Assembly: GCA_026025075.1 (NCBI GenBank)
Contig: JAPEUI010000094.1
Location: forward strand, 1-63,934
From: Vezdaea acicularis
Taxonomy: Eukaryota
Length of the DNA: 63,934 bases
Direction: 5' to 3'
The translations under genes were made by a program, and so were the position numbers. Of this stretch, positions 1 to 12,623 are shown in pieces (position 1 is the first letter of the stretch; every line of letters starts with the position of its first letter). The notes below the pieces were generated by a model that worked only from the letters and a program-made list of their open reading frames with translations, searched no databases and was not told the origin of the DNA.

Positions 1-415
1 TTGATGATCATACTACTTGAAATCATCCAAGTGTTCTATACGCCAATGATTAGCAAGTTGTATCAATGAACACTAGGATGATTTGGTTGAAGGGTGCGGA
101 AGCTTGTAAGGGCTTCCCCATGCATTCCAATACAATGGTAGGATATCAACGACAGATATAAGAGATGAGGGGCACATACGATGTTGAACGAGTCGGCAAT
201 CCAGAAGCCAACGAAATTCCAGGCTCCCCATTGCCGTCTTGCTGGTTCTACTACCTTCAAGTCGTGATTCTGCCTTTGGAACGTTAGTGCTTGCGATCTG
301 CATTGGTTTCTATAGGAACTTACAGCATCAATTGAGTCTTCGTAAGACCAGGCTCTGCATCCACGGCAATCTTATCCAGGAAGCTGCGAAGCCTGGAGGA
401 TTTGAGTTGAACCAT
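1..415 (-). CDS. NCS1-family nucleobase (uracil/allantoin) permease, 5' part; gene runs off the window start
   Basis: Exons 415-324, 273-180 and 35-<1 with gtaagt/gtatgt donors and ctaac/ctaat branch sites give MVQLKSS...[47 protein letters not shown], the typical N-terminus of fungal Fur4/Dal4-like NCS1 transporters. Confidence 0.9.
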
Positions 416-1814
416 GATGGGCAAGCTCTTCTGGAAGCTCAGCCGTAGCGGCTTTGAGAGGTACAGTACAGCCGATACGACACCGGTATGATCGCGGCGC
501 TGCAAGGAGACTGATGAGCCTTCAAGGAGAGGATAGTCTTCTTGCTCGGTCTCTAAAGCTTCAGCATCAACTGGACGGCTATCAGCTGATAAGTCGTGGA
601 GCTCGACTGCAGGCAGGCCCGTGAGAGGGTCCATGCCTCATGTTTTATATGCCTCTATCATTCGGCTATGCGACCTCGCTCGGTAACCGTCGACCATGGC
701 ACACGAGGGGTCCGGTCCAGTTGCAAAGGCCCGGTGATGGGGGGCAACGATGCCCTATTCGCTGAGCGGGGGTTGATGAGCCAAGCATCAGACCCGCATA
801 GCGTTATCGCAAGCGCAAAACAATAAGGCCAGCAGGGCGCTTGAACGAAGATCCTTGGTAGTTCAAGCAGTATGGCACTGGTAGCATGAGATGAAGATCT
901 CTCGTGGAGTCGTCGAGATAGGCGTGCGTTTCCCGAAGGCGGAAGCTACAGCACGCGCCTCTGCGTGGGAGGGAAGCTAAAGGCGAGATTTTTCCGGACG
1001 GCTACGAGGAGCCGGGCAAGACGACCAGTCACACCTCATATACTGCAATGGATCACGAGACATCCCCGGACGCACCCTGGGCACTCGTCCTGTGAAAATT
1101 TCGCCGTAGGGTCGGTCTGGCGGTTTCGGTGAGCAGGTGCCTAGGCAGACAGGAAGATAGTTGATCCATCCCAAGCCAGTGACGTTAGGGAATGCGATAA
1201 GAGTAGTCTTAGCTTGCGGCATGCATGCACTTCGTTTTTTCTGATCCCTGCTACGTGGCCTTCACGTTTTCCTGATGCGGGAATGTTTGGAGGATGAGCG
1301 TTGAAAAGTCGCTATGATATCAGCAGCCTTATCGGCGACATTTGGACAACCTTACTCGATGCCATCGAGTCAACCTCCAGCGCGGGGGAGGCCGATCATA
1401 ATGGCGCTACTAAGCGAGAGCGAGCCACTGGCGAGACTCCGCAGGAGAAAAAGCAAAAGCTCCGTCTCCGCTCCGATAAAGTTTAACTTTGCGAACAACG
1501 TGCACCACCAAATTCTCAAATTTTTTCTTCTTCTCAAGCACCGCCATGCAGTTCTCAGCTCTGGTTGCGCGTTCCTCATGTAGTTCATGGCCGAAGTACC
1601 ACCGCGATGTCATTACGGGATATGATCTTTAACTCTCTATCACTAACGTCCCTGCACCCTCAACTTGCCTTTTCCCGAACGGCACCTCAATACCCTATCG
1701 TTGGAAGGAGGCACCGCAGAAACATTTCCGGGACACTGGTGTAGTATGAGAGTATACGTAAGTTCATGGATGTTGAATCTTTTGGCTTTGTAGAGAGATT
1801 GCGCTGCACCTATG

Positions 1815-2763
1815 TCACAACCTGGTGACTACAAAGGTCAAACGCCTGGTACCAGGATCGTTCCAGAGATCCAACTTATTCTTTTTCGAGTAAGGTCCAA
1901 AGGCCTCCGTCAAATCAGCTTTGACTTTCCATTGCGTGCCTGTCTCCTCTCCAATCTCATTCCACATTTTCTCAAAGCTGCTTGCATCATGTCGATACCT
2001 TGTCTCATTCGGATGATCCCTGCGCGGATACTCTCCTGGCCTGATATTTCCAGCTTGACGTCCAAGTATCATGGAGCCTGCTTCCGCTCGCAAGATTCGG
2101 ACGAGGCGTTTGCAAGCTGCAATTTGATTGGCTCTATCGAACAAATGAAGAAAGGACGCAGCATGGATAATATCGATCTTGCAATCCAGCTGATCTAGTC
2201 CCCCTTTATCAGCAAATATATCGCCGACTAGGAACTTAGATTTTAGGCTTTCCCTGTCTAAGAATAGGTCATATCCAAGCTCCATGAACTCTCGCCGAAG
2301 GTCTGATCCATACAGCTGGGAAGAGTCCACTCCGTCTAATACAAGCCTTCGAATATCCTGTCCAAAGCAACACCCCATATCTAGGAGCGTTCGTGGAGGT
2401 TGAGAAGTCGTACTATCTTTCAATCGCTGGAGGACGTCTGGATATGCGGGTGATAGGCTAATGCTCAGGTCGAGAAAGCGAAATTGGCCAATGCATGGAT
2501 AGGGCCAAATCTGCCAAGCCCGGTTTCGCTGCAGATCGTCAGGCTTGAGTTTAAGGGGAGGGGTTGTAGCGTTTTCTTCCTGGTGAGCCGTAGACATAAA
2601 TTGCAAGAATACGTACAATACTCAGGACGTGAGGAATAACTTTGTCTGCTGCTATTCCACTATATTTTTCGAATAAGTCTCGCGCGGGTTGATTGATATC
2701 AGTCAGCTCTTGTGCAAACCAAGGCACATCCCCAGAGTGCGCGTTGACGGGCTCTGCAGTCAT
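1815..2763 (-). CDS. Class I SAM-dependent methyltransferase, AusD/Trt5-like fungal family
   Basis: Exons 2763-2617 and 2528-1815 (intron gtacgt...ctgac...cag). Motifs WPYPCIGQFRFL, LLDMGCCFGQDIRRLV (SAM-binding motif I) and DIIHAASFLHLF. Confidence 0.85.
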
Positions 2764-3322
2764 CTTGATCCAGTCTGAATGGATTTCTGTAGGTTGAAAA
2801 TAGCGTAAGGGCCATTGATCAGGCCATTGGCAGAAACAAGGCTTGATAAACAGCAGGTCGGTCTTCGGCGACGGATAATGCTCTGGTTAACTCCGGCGAT
2901 CGTCCTTTGATTGGCTGCTTAAACACATTACGTGACCTTCTCTCTCGCGTTCAAGTGGTTGTGCGCTATGACTTGCGAGGTCGAAATATTTTCCACAAGT
3001 ACCAAATCGTTTCCTTAATCATAAAACAAAGTCTTTCAGGGAATCACGGCTTCGCTCGGCCTGTGGTCAACGCTGCGGTTAGCCAGCGCTAGGCATGCGT
3101 CATTTGACCCACAATACAGAAGGGATCGGAGGGGCGCTGGGCCAAAGCTCTTCAGTTCTCCACTATTGACCACTATAATATGTCTACTATTTCAATATAC
3201 CTCTTGCTCGCCGTTGTATGACGCCTACGTCATATTCAATTGACCATAGTCTACTATCTACTCGCAAGCACGCTTCTTACAGAAGATGCACTTTTCCTTG
3301 ACAACATTACCTTACTCGGATC

Positions 3323-4158
3323 ATGGCCAAACGCAGGATACTGATAATAAATCCCAATTCGACTTCCTCAATGACCGATGCTCTCAAGCCTATTGTTGAG
3401 TCCCTTGGCTATACAGACGTATGCCTTACTTTCATTCCATATTTTCTTATTTAGCTAAACCCTCTCAGACCATATACACCTTTTTCACTGCTCCGAGCGG
3501 ACCTCCAAGTATTAATAATGCGGACGACGCCGGGGCATCTGCGATTGCATGCCATCAGGCGCTCTTTTCATATCTGAACTCCCATGACGGCTTTCTAGTC
3601 GCCTGCTACAGCGAGCACCCTCTCGTCAAACTGCTCAGGGAGCGAACACCAAAGCCTGTCGTGGGTATTTTCGAGGCTAGCATCTCGACATCTCTGAACC
3701 TGCTAGGCGATAGAGAGAAATTTGGCATAGTCACAACAGGAAAGATTTGGGAGAGCCTGCTTACGGACGGAGTTCAGAGGTTCCTGGCAGGAGGTGTCAA
3801 CGGTGACGTGATGACGCTTGACCCACATTACAGGTTTGCGGGTGTGAAGTCGACGGGGCTCGATGCAACAGAGCTACACGATGCTCCTGTAGAAGAGGTG
3901 AAGGCAAAGGTGCACCAGGCTACGAAGACGCTTGTCAGTCAACGTTCGCGCAGCGAAGTGCGCGCAATTTGTTTGGGGTGTGCTGGGATGGTTGGGATGG
4001 AGGAATGGGTGAGGAACGCATGCTATGAAGAGCTTGGACCTCAAGAATCAAGTAACATCAAGATCGTTGACGGGGTGAAAGCGGGCGTTGGGATGTTGCA
4101 GCTTCAGATTCGTGCAAACTTCTCTCAACATGTTGTCAATCCTGGGATAACAGAGTAG
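3323..4158 (+). CDS. DCG1: Asp/Glu/hydantoin racemase family protein (DCG1-like, possible allantoin/hydantoin racemase)
   Basis: Exons 3323-3418 and 3469-4158. N-terminal ILIINPNSTSSMTD, ACYSEHPLV, VVGIFEASI, ICLGCAGM and IVDGVKAG, with both racemase cysteine motifs present. Confidence 0.88.
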
Positions 4159-5531
4159 CCGACAGACGAATAGATGCAGTGGACAGCTTGTAAGAAGCTG
4201 AGTCAAAGAGACGCAGCTACTTACGGCCTTCGATGCTTGAGGGTTATAGCTATCGCTATTAGGGGCAACTGGCAAACTGTTCCGAGCAGATTGCTCCATC
4301 GTCTGTCAGCATTTCCCCTAAAAGACTTGTCAATTCTATACGTGAAGCCCAAGGGTTGTTGCATCGGACATAGTACGGCAAATGCCACTCTAGGCAGAGC
4401 CATAGCAAGCCGCCAGTCCAAGTAACTGATTACATGACTATCTAACGACCTAGTGTGTCCTGCGGAGCGTCTGATCATCGGAGGGTTGCCATATCACTAT
4501 AAGATTAACACGCATTGAGAGTTTCGCCGTTCGATCGGGTCCTTAAGGTAGGATAGGGCGAATGTACTTGTAATATTGGGTGACTTATCTAACGTCGCGT
4601 ATGACTATTCATATTACACAGGGACCATATGGCTTGGAGTTGTTCCCGTAGGGGTCTTGGGCGTCTTTGCTAAGTGTCACGTGAAGCCGACGACCAATAC
4701 TCTATGAATGGATTACAATATCGAAGCTGGCTTGTGAACAATGTTTCACTGCATGATCTGCATCACGAATTGAGCACATTATGCCTTGCTCCTGCTCGTG
4801 TGCTGCCCTGTATGCTTTTCCTGACAAGGCAGCTTCTAGCCCTGGTGCGGAAAGGCGAAAAGCCTCGCTAGGACCACTGCAGCTGAAAACAGCTTCGAAT
4901 CCTTAATGCGACTGCACTATCTCTCCTCAAGGAGATCGCCTCGACCGCCTCTTTCAACAATATTCCCCGTGTGATCATCCTCCCCTTGACCGGGTTACTT
5001 CAACACCATAAGGCTTGGTCATTAACTACAAATGTAGACGCCGCCACGACGCCACACAGTGCCAGTGTGCATGCCTTCCCCACCAACATCTCCGTCCTAG
5101 CCTATTGGCGCAGAGGCGGACATTGACTCCAGCTGAACCTCTGCCCATCATGACGGAACCTTGGGATTGTGCCATTCGCGAACTGAACGTGGAGAGCTGG
5201 ACTTGCCTGCCGAGGGCCGTGAAGGTGCCGTGAGATTGGCGCAGAGAGATCTGATCGAGCCTTAATAAGAATAGCAATGGAGCGTCGCAGGATTATTTGC
5301 CTGCGAGAGGCTCCTAAGAGCGCTCATCCTGCACGTACTCGAAGTTTTCAATATCTCTCTGGTGGCGTCGCAAAGATTGAAGTGAGTGGTGGAGGGTGAC
5401 ATGGTCCGCTATTACTGGCTAACGTGCTCCATTCATAAGTAGGCCTTGTTCAGTAGACATTGAGGAAGAGGTGATCTTTGGATTATCACGATAGCAAGAG
5501 TAGCGGTATCCCGCTTTGTTCTTCTCTGGCA

Positions 5532-6098
5532 ATGCCACCCTCCAATCAAACTCAGAGGCCCAATACCATCTTAAATGCAAGATCCTTCATTAAGAGCATC
5601 GTCTGGCGAACGACCCGTTTCCTGACTACACCGTCTCCGACGCTTTTCATAGCTTCATTTGCTCTCGTCGTCGCTGCAATCACGGCTGGGCGGATGCTTT
5701 CGTCGAGATGGCACGGGCACAGAACAGGCAAAGATGAAACTCCACCACGACATGTAAAGGATATGACATCGAACTCAAAGGCAGCCAATGTCCTTTCGCA
5801 GAAATTCTCGATCTCAAACCACGCCGAGGTTCCGCTGCCACCACGTCTTCCGCTCTACACTGCGATCGCCCCCATTCCGCCCTCGCCAACAGTAACTCCT
5901 TTCCAAATGCAACAACCAACTCCAGCCGCCTCTTCACATATCTCATACACTCGAAGGTCATCCGCAGACCCGAACCTGTTTCAACATGGACAAATCATCC
6001 GAGAAGGTGGTGTGCGCCGGCACATTAGAATCTTTGGGAACGTGGGGGGTGGGGAAACAGATGCTCATGGGGGACCTCGAAGGAAAAGCTGGCACTAG
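5532..6098 (+). CDS. Hypothetical protein with one predicted transmembrane helix
   Basis: First ATG of ORF 5478-6098 is at 5532. Hydrophobic stretch LFIASFALVVAAITAG followed by a Pro/Ser-rich tail. A canonical intron (5382-5442) just upstream suggests a + strand transcript. Family not recognised. Confidence 0.45.
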   Translation: MPPSNQTQRPNTILNARSFIKSIVWRTTRFLTTPSPTLFIASFALVVAAITAGRMLSSRWHGHRTGKDETPPRHVKDMTSNSKAANVLSQKFSISNHAEVPLPPRLPLYTAIAPIPPSPTVTPFQMQQPTPAASSHISYTRRSSADPNLFQHGQIIREGGVRRHIRIFGNVGGGETDAHGGPRRKSWH

Positions 6099-7380
6099 AG
6101 TTAAAGCGTTTTGAGGACTGATAGGTATCTAAGAGCCTTCACTATGTTCCGACTCGGGGTTATATGAGCCTAGACGGAAGGCATTCGATCAGGATGACTA
6201 ACGGTTTGTGCTACCTCTTAGGGGAGAAGGAGACATCAAAGAAACGTTAGGGATAGTTGATCTACCTCATGAGCTTGGAATAGTTGGTTGTGGTATGTGC
6301 AGATACGAGTCGCCGACGACAAGAATCAGGAAAACGTTAAAATCGGAAGGAGAGGTTGCTTGAGTCGGGTTTATACAGCCTTATATCATGGCGCTTACAG
6401 GGTCGTTTGGAGGTATCTTTAGAGTTTTGGCCGCATTCACGTGAATTGGAAATTGACCCGACTGCGGGCTATGCATTCGATCTTGTTCGCGCAGGCTTTG
6501 CAGTCCTTTACATTGAGTATACGACAAGAGAAGTCGTAACGAATTTACATGACGGTCAATTATTGGCGGCACATTGTTTAGAAATTAGGAAATAAAGGGG
6601 TTAAGGCTTGCGGTCGAACGTTTTTATTTGCGTCATATCTTCTTACAACAATACATGCTACTTTCATGAGTGGTGGTGCGGATAAGCAGGCTGGACTGTG
6701 CCGCAGTACGCGAGTGACAAGGACTGTTATTGAGGCTCCATACAAGGCTTTTGCAGTAATCCCAGCAACAATCAAGCGTGAATTTTCAAGCCTTAACTAT
6801 AAAGTCAGGGACTGAATCCACTGCCAGAACATCGATATTGATTTTGACATTCGACATCGCAAGTGCCGGTTGTTCCCGCTGCCTAGAAGCCGACAACATC
6901 AATCTCGAAAAAGGTCTACCACAGTACTTCACGCTCGAATCTAGACCCATTCAGCATGCCACAGAGTACTAAACATCCAGGCAAGCAGCCACCACCCATA
7001 GAGTGACACCTCCCCCAACGATTCGCCCCCTGGGGTGATATTGCTCACTTCGCCAAAGCGCCGGGGAAACTAAAGTCCGGGAAGGGTTACGCGGCCGGTC
7101 CATGTCGCATCTTAAAGTGTCCGACCTTTCACCGACGCGTCAGCCATGGCTGCGATATACATTCTTTAGCTCTTTTTCATGACTGACGAATGTATCTGCA
7201 ATTGAGATTGATTTTTGCATCCCATTTCCTCTTTTTGTCTCGTGCATTTTTAAAGGCTTCCCCGGATATCTCAAGTCGCTGAAAATACCAGCGAACCATC
7301 TCATCCCCTGTCTCTCATATATTGGCTTTTTCTTGTGATTCCATGCAATCGGAGCTTCCCCGTTGCATCGAAAGCTCATC

Positions 7381-8709
7381 ATGAGGTGGGGACCGATCCA
7401 TCTCAATGAGGATGACGGCGAGGAGGGCAGTGGCAGGGTCCAGAAGTTGCTTAATTACTTCAACTACGAGCGTCTATCAGACAGGTCGAAAGCCATGGCT
7501 CGATCTGGAATTATATGTTTTCTGATCTTCGTGTCTATCTTGTTTATTTCTCTCGGAACTTGGAAGCTGTTCGGGCATGCTGGGGGGCATCACCACCATC
7601 CCTGTCATGACAGTCCGTCGCACGAACCAAGTGGTAGGCATCGCCAGTCTCTTTTGTTCGGCCAGACAGCCGCTCTTGCTCGAGTTAAGCGGATTGAAGA
7701 GGCTCTGACTAACCTTTCTTCGCTTTTCCAGAGGTCACCCACCTCGACCCGGCGTACTTCCGGGACCTTGGTTCGAAGCGAGTCAAGATCCGTTACGGCC
7801 CCTATATCGCCCCTTCCATCCATGATAATGGCGGCATGGAGGGTTTTGGGGCTATGGACATCCTCAAGCCGTGTTCTGACTGCACAATCACGTGGATCCA
7901 AGCAGGGCTTGAATATCCCCACGGGAGCAACGCGAACATCGACACGGGCATGTGGCTACACCACACGCTGCTGCTGAACAGAGACAAGGAAGATGCGACA
8001 TGCGGAAAGCTGCCTCATGCCGAGCGAATGTTTGCATCAGGCAACGAGCGGACGCCTGTGGACCTGTGCTTGGGCGGGTAAACGAAGCTCCCCACTCCCC
8101 CTTTCAAGGGACCCAAAACTAAAAAGTCGCAACAGGGCCATCAAAAGGGGCTATTACATCGGCGCCAACGACAACTTCGACCTCAGCACCGAGCTGATGA
8201 ACGAGAACGAAGCCCCCTCGGAGGTCTACGTCGTCATCACCTACGAATACCTCCCCGGCCTCCCCCACGACTTCCATGCCACGAAGCAGATCTGGCTCGA
8301 CGTAGGCGGCTGCACCGGCTCCGGCCAACCCGCGAAACCCCACTCCTCTTTCGAACTCACCATGGAACGCCCCTGGATCTCACCCTTTTCAGGCCACGTC
8401 ACGTATATCGGCGGACACGTCCACGACGGCGGGACCCACGTCGAAGTCCTCAAGAACGACGTGGTGGTCTGCGACTGCGTGGCCACGTACGGCGGCGATC
8501 CGGAGTTTGTCGAAGGTGATCATGGGATGGGCATGCAGCATATCTCGCGCATCTCGACCTGTGAGGGGAATTTCCCGGTGGAAAAAGGCGATCGCTGGTC
8601 GATTATGGCGTATTATAATACCAGCGAGCATATGCCGATGGGTGATGGGCAGGGAGGCTTGGAGCCGGTTATGGGCATTGCGATGGTGTACGCTGTTGAG
8701 GATCAGTGA
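7381..8709 (+). CDS. Membrane-anchored or secreted His/Met-motif protein, SURNod19-like / copper type II monooxygenase-like (tentative)
   Basis: Exons 7381-7633, 7732-8077 and 8136-8709 join in frame across canonical introns. N-terminal TM segment then GHHHH; motifs SKRVKIRYGPY, KPCSDCTITWIQAGLEY, GMWLHH, ERMFASGNER, GGHVHDGG and EPVMGIA. Confidence 0.8.
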
Positions 8710-9659
8710 AGGCGCGCGGGGACACTTTGTATGGAGGTCCGCAGGTCTTTTTCGGGGGTTGTAGGTTGTCCGTATAGGCATGCAAGCTTGCAAAAGCCGT
8801 CCTCGAAACGTAAAATAATCTGCCTACCGACCATGCCGGGAAGTGGTTACTTCCTCCGTTCGTCCGCCCGTCTGTGAATAAACCACCGACCCCCCCTTTC
8901 TTAACGAAAAAGGTTCTTCTAGGCCAGACGCGTACCCGCCCAGCTAGTTCAGAGAAGAGGGATATAGTAGCTCCGCCCACACCCCTGCCCCTTTTTGCCG
9001 CGGCGATAATGGACAAATAGTCCCCATCGTCCGCCTCCACCGCCAAGAACAAGAAGCACCGCCTACTCCACGTATCCCGAATACCTTGTAAGTCAAAGAA
9101 GGAAGAGCCAGAGAGCCCGAGAGCGAGCGAGCGAGTGAGAAGAAGGAAGGGAAACGGAGGGAAACAGAGAATATGGGAGCCTGTCCACATAAGCATCCAA
9201 CCAATCAAACGGCGAAGGCATGGGGAAGAGAGAGAGAACGTAAGGGGGGCCAGACAAGAGCTCGATGTGGGGGGTTTGACGTGTATTTCTCTTCTCTATA
9301 GCAGCCTGGCCTGCTCTAGCCTCTTGTATGCGAGGGCTCGATCAGGGCTTCCTGCTTGCGGGGTTCATGACCGTACTCTACTCTACTCCGCCCCTATAGG
9401 TAAGTATTAGAGAAGGTGACTCGAGCGTCAACAGTAGAACTTGTGATTCTTGTGTTTATCGTCAAAATACATGACAGGGATGCCGTTTTGGTGACGCGGT
9501 GAACCCACTTGCCGTTCTTCCGTCTCCCCCTAGCAACAAGCTCCCGAGGGGGAGGGGAGGTGGTTTGTGAAAATCTCTTTGAAATCAGAAATGTACTTTA
9601 TATCCAGATATAAATGAAGTTTTTTCACAATGCCCCACAGGCGTAGGTACTTGTATGTA

Positions 9660-9897
9660 TAGTGGGGTTTCGTAAGTGCCGCATACCCGCAAAATGGTGG
9701 CTCCCACAATAATCATGCCCTAAGCACGGCAATCAACGAATCCATCCGTAAGAAACCTAGCTCACAGATTACCTGAAGAGGTCTCCATTATATCAATGGA
9801 GTAAATGTCTCATCCAATGCGGGCAGTTCTTGGTTCTTGGGTGGGATCCCGTATATTGGCGGTCTCGTGAATGTACAACACTTACGAACCCCCACTG
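9660..9897 (+). mobile_element. Non-autonomous Tc1/mariner-type MITE, copy 1 (238 bp)
   Basis: Imperfect TIRs tAGTGGGGTTTCGTAAGTG... / ...CACTTACGAACCCCCACTG, flanked by TA at 9658-9659 and 9898-9899. No ORF. Homologous along its length to the reverse complement of 12795-13044. Confidence 0.85.
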
Positions 9898-10332
9898 TAT
9901 GTCTATTTGAAGATTTTGATGAGAGATTAAGGAAAGGGTGCTGCGTTGCCCTAGGACGAACAAAGGGGCGGGAAAAAGTGAGGTGCAGGGGGGTGTGGGG
10001 CGGCTGGTGGCATAAATCTAGCTAGCTTCGTTTTTGGCGGGGGTAGGGGGGAGGTGGTGTGGTAGGGTTTGGTTGGGGTATTTGTGAGAGGGGTTGGGGT
10101 GGGCGGAGATATAAAGGCGTTTGTTTGGTGTATGGGTTTCAGCGTCTAGAAGGGTGTGTTGAGAGATTAGCTGTGAGCTCTAGTTCTTGGGTGGTTCGGC
10201 GTGGGGTATTCATTGCTTTCTTTCTCCCCCACCTATACCCCGCTACCGTAGGAGGGTGGGGTTTGCATTCTCTCTCGCGCAGAGACAATGGAGCGGGAGG
10301 GGAGAGACAGAAAGGAAAGAACCAAAGACGAC

Positions 10333-11987
10333 TCACCTCCCAACCGCAAACCCCAAAACCTCTCCCCACCCAGCCCTCCTCTCATACCTCCTGAGCACAA
10401 CCAACCAATTCCCCAACGCCAACAGCACCAGAATCCCCACATTCAACACCGCGACCGCGACGACCGGCTGCCATGCACTCGGATTACTCGGACTGCCGCT
10501 GATCTGACTGATATTCATGCCATAGATACCCGATATTAAGCTCAGGGGGGCGAAAAGAAAGGTGAAGGCGTTGGTCAGGGCGGTGGTGCGCGCGTCCCGG
10601 CGTTGTTGGCGGACGGCGCTCATTTTCTGGCGGGTTTCCCAGAGGAGGTTGGCTTGGGAGAGGAGGTGAGCGAAGTTTTCGGTGAGGATGGCTTTGGTTT
10701 CTTCGGGGAGGGAGTCGATGTCTGTCTCCCTCTCGTTCTCATCCTCATGTTCGGATTCATGTTGGCTCTTTGGCCGGTGGGAAGAAGTAGCAGAAGAGAC
10801 AGGCGTGGGCCAGCCCAAACTCCCGCCGCGCCCGATAATATCGGCCGTCTTGCGAATATCCTCGACCTGGGAGACGCTGGTGGTGGCAAAGCCGTTGGCG
10901 GCGGCGTCGGCGCGGCGCGTCGAGTCGATCAGCTGGTTCCAGCAGTAGCCGTTTAGCAGGAAGAGGGGGTGGATGGCGTAGAAGGGGGAGAGGGTGCAGG
11001 TGCGGAGGGAGAGGTGGGGGAGGCTGGTGAGGTAGAGGGCGCGGAAGGAGTGGAGCTTGTTGGTCGTGGCGGGGGGCGGAGGAGAGGGCGTTGGCGTGTA
11101 GAGCGGTGGTGCGACGAGGGTTTCGACGTGCAGAGAGATCTGTGAGTGCGAGTTGAAGAGGATGATGCCTAGGGTGATATATAAGTTTGGGGAGACGTAA
11201 GAGAATAGGGGCTTGAGCCCAAAAAAGGGGGTGCGGGAGAAAACAAACCCGTCCACTCCCCTTTCCTCCCCATCTTAACATACACACTAACCCTAAACCT
11301 CTCCGTCCCCCCCCTCTCCACCCTGTTCCCCCTCAGTACCTCAAAAGTAACCGTCGTGAACGGCGCCCGATGCCTCTGCGCCGGACTAAGCAGCAACCTC
11401 GAATTCCCCCTAAGATTCCACTGAAAGAACCTCGGATCGAGCTCCAACGCCGCCCCAAACGCCTCCATCACCCCCGCCGCCAAATCCCCCTGCTGTTCCG
11501 CCAGAAACAAGCGGACTTTCACACCATCACGATTAGGCGCGTCAGCAAGAAAGCTTTTCAGCGCACTGACATCATGGATGTCCTCGTGCCGCTGTAAGGC
11601 GTATGCGCTGGTAATGTCGACCACGCTGATCACTAGTCCCGCGTCTTCAAGGTCCTGTCCCATGTAGTTGTCCAATTCGGCGAGGTTGTCCCATCCGCCT
11701 AGAACAAGGTTGTGCACGTATTCGTGGTAGGGCTCGCGGCCGCGGGGTTCCCAGCCGGGCCATGGTTGGAGCGGCAGGGGGTGTTGGTGGTGGGAATTAC
11801 TAGTCGCGGTGCGGTGGCGGCGGGAGAGTTTCTTGAGGCCTTTGTATTCCGGAGGCACGAAGCGCGTGTTGATGCCAAGAGTAGGGACGGGCGCGTTGTT
11901 GGGGGAGGAGGCTTCGTCGTCGTCGGCGGGAGTGGGTGAGGGCGATGCGGAGTCCGGGGATGCGGGAGCGGGAGCGGGCGTCGCCAT
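10333..11987 (-). CDS. CorA-like Mg2+ transporter superfamily protein (fungal type, two C-terminal TM helices)
   Basis: Exons 11987-11249 and 11168-10333 (intron gtttgt...tag joins GEWT-GIILFN in frame). C-terminus ALTNAFTFLFAPLSLISGIYGMN carries the CorA GMN signature, followed by a second TM helix. Confidence 0.8.
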
Positions 11988-12605
11988 TTGTCTTGGCCTT
12001 TGCTTGGCAAGGCGGGGAGCGAGTGCCAAAGGTCGAGGTAAGGACCCAATCGATATTGGGGAGTGAGAGATAGAGACGAGATCAACCCCGAAATGATATT
12101 GGGATCAAAAGTGTCGACGGCTAAAAGGAGACGCGTGAAGGTCTCCCAGCAAAGCTTATTGGCTCAGCTGAACAGCCTCATGAGAGCTCGAAGCGGTTGA
12201 CAAAAATGATGGCGCATAAGCGAACGATAGGCATGTTAATCCATCAGTACAGGTTACTCTTAGTAGTACCAAGATCGTGAGCAATTGATGATGATTATTC
12301 TTAGCGTGAGCTCGATAGTACTGCGCCTTTACTCTTGTTAGACTATGATGCTCCGGTTTATACCCACGGCCTGACAGGGCCATTTTCTGTTTTTAAGTGT
12401 GAAGCATTTAGCTACGGGGGAATCCCCGTAAAATGCGCCGTCAATTTTGATCATCTTCGGCTTGATCTAGTGACTTTGGGGTCACATTATTTTGAAGGGT
12501 TACATACCAGTGGTCATGCGCATAGTCCAGGATCCATCTGAGTTCATGAACGAAGCCATACGAATTTCATTTTGAGTAGCCGTGCGGATCTACGAATTTA
12601 CTTCC

Positions 12606-12623
12606 AACCCTAACCCTAACCCT
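12606..12623 (+). repeat. Short interstitial telomere-like repeat (AACCCT)x3
   Basis: caaccctaaccctaaccctagg, i.e. three units of the TTAGGG-type repeat. Confidence 0.6.

Noticed and set aside
1301..1613. Cluster of short overlapping ORFs between the permease and the methyltransferase
   Set aside because: No recognisable motifs or consistent splice model; treated as intergenic.
6356..6972. Short ORFs in an AT-richer tract
   Set aside because: No family signal, mostly non-ATG starts; cannot support a gene or a transposon.
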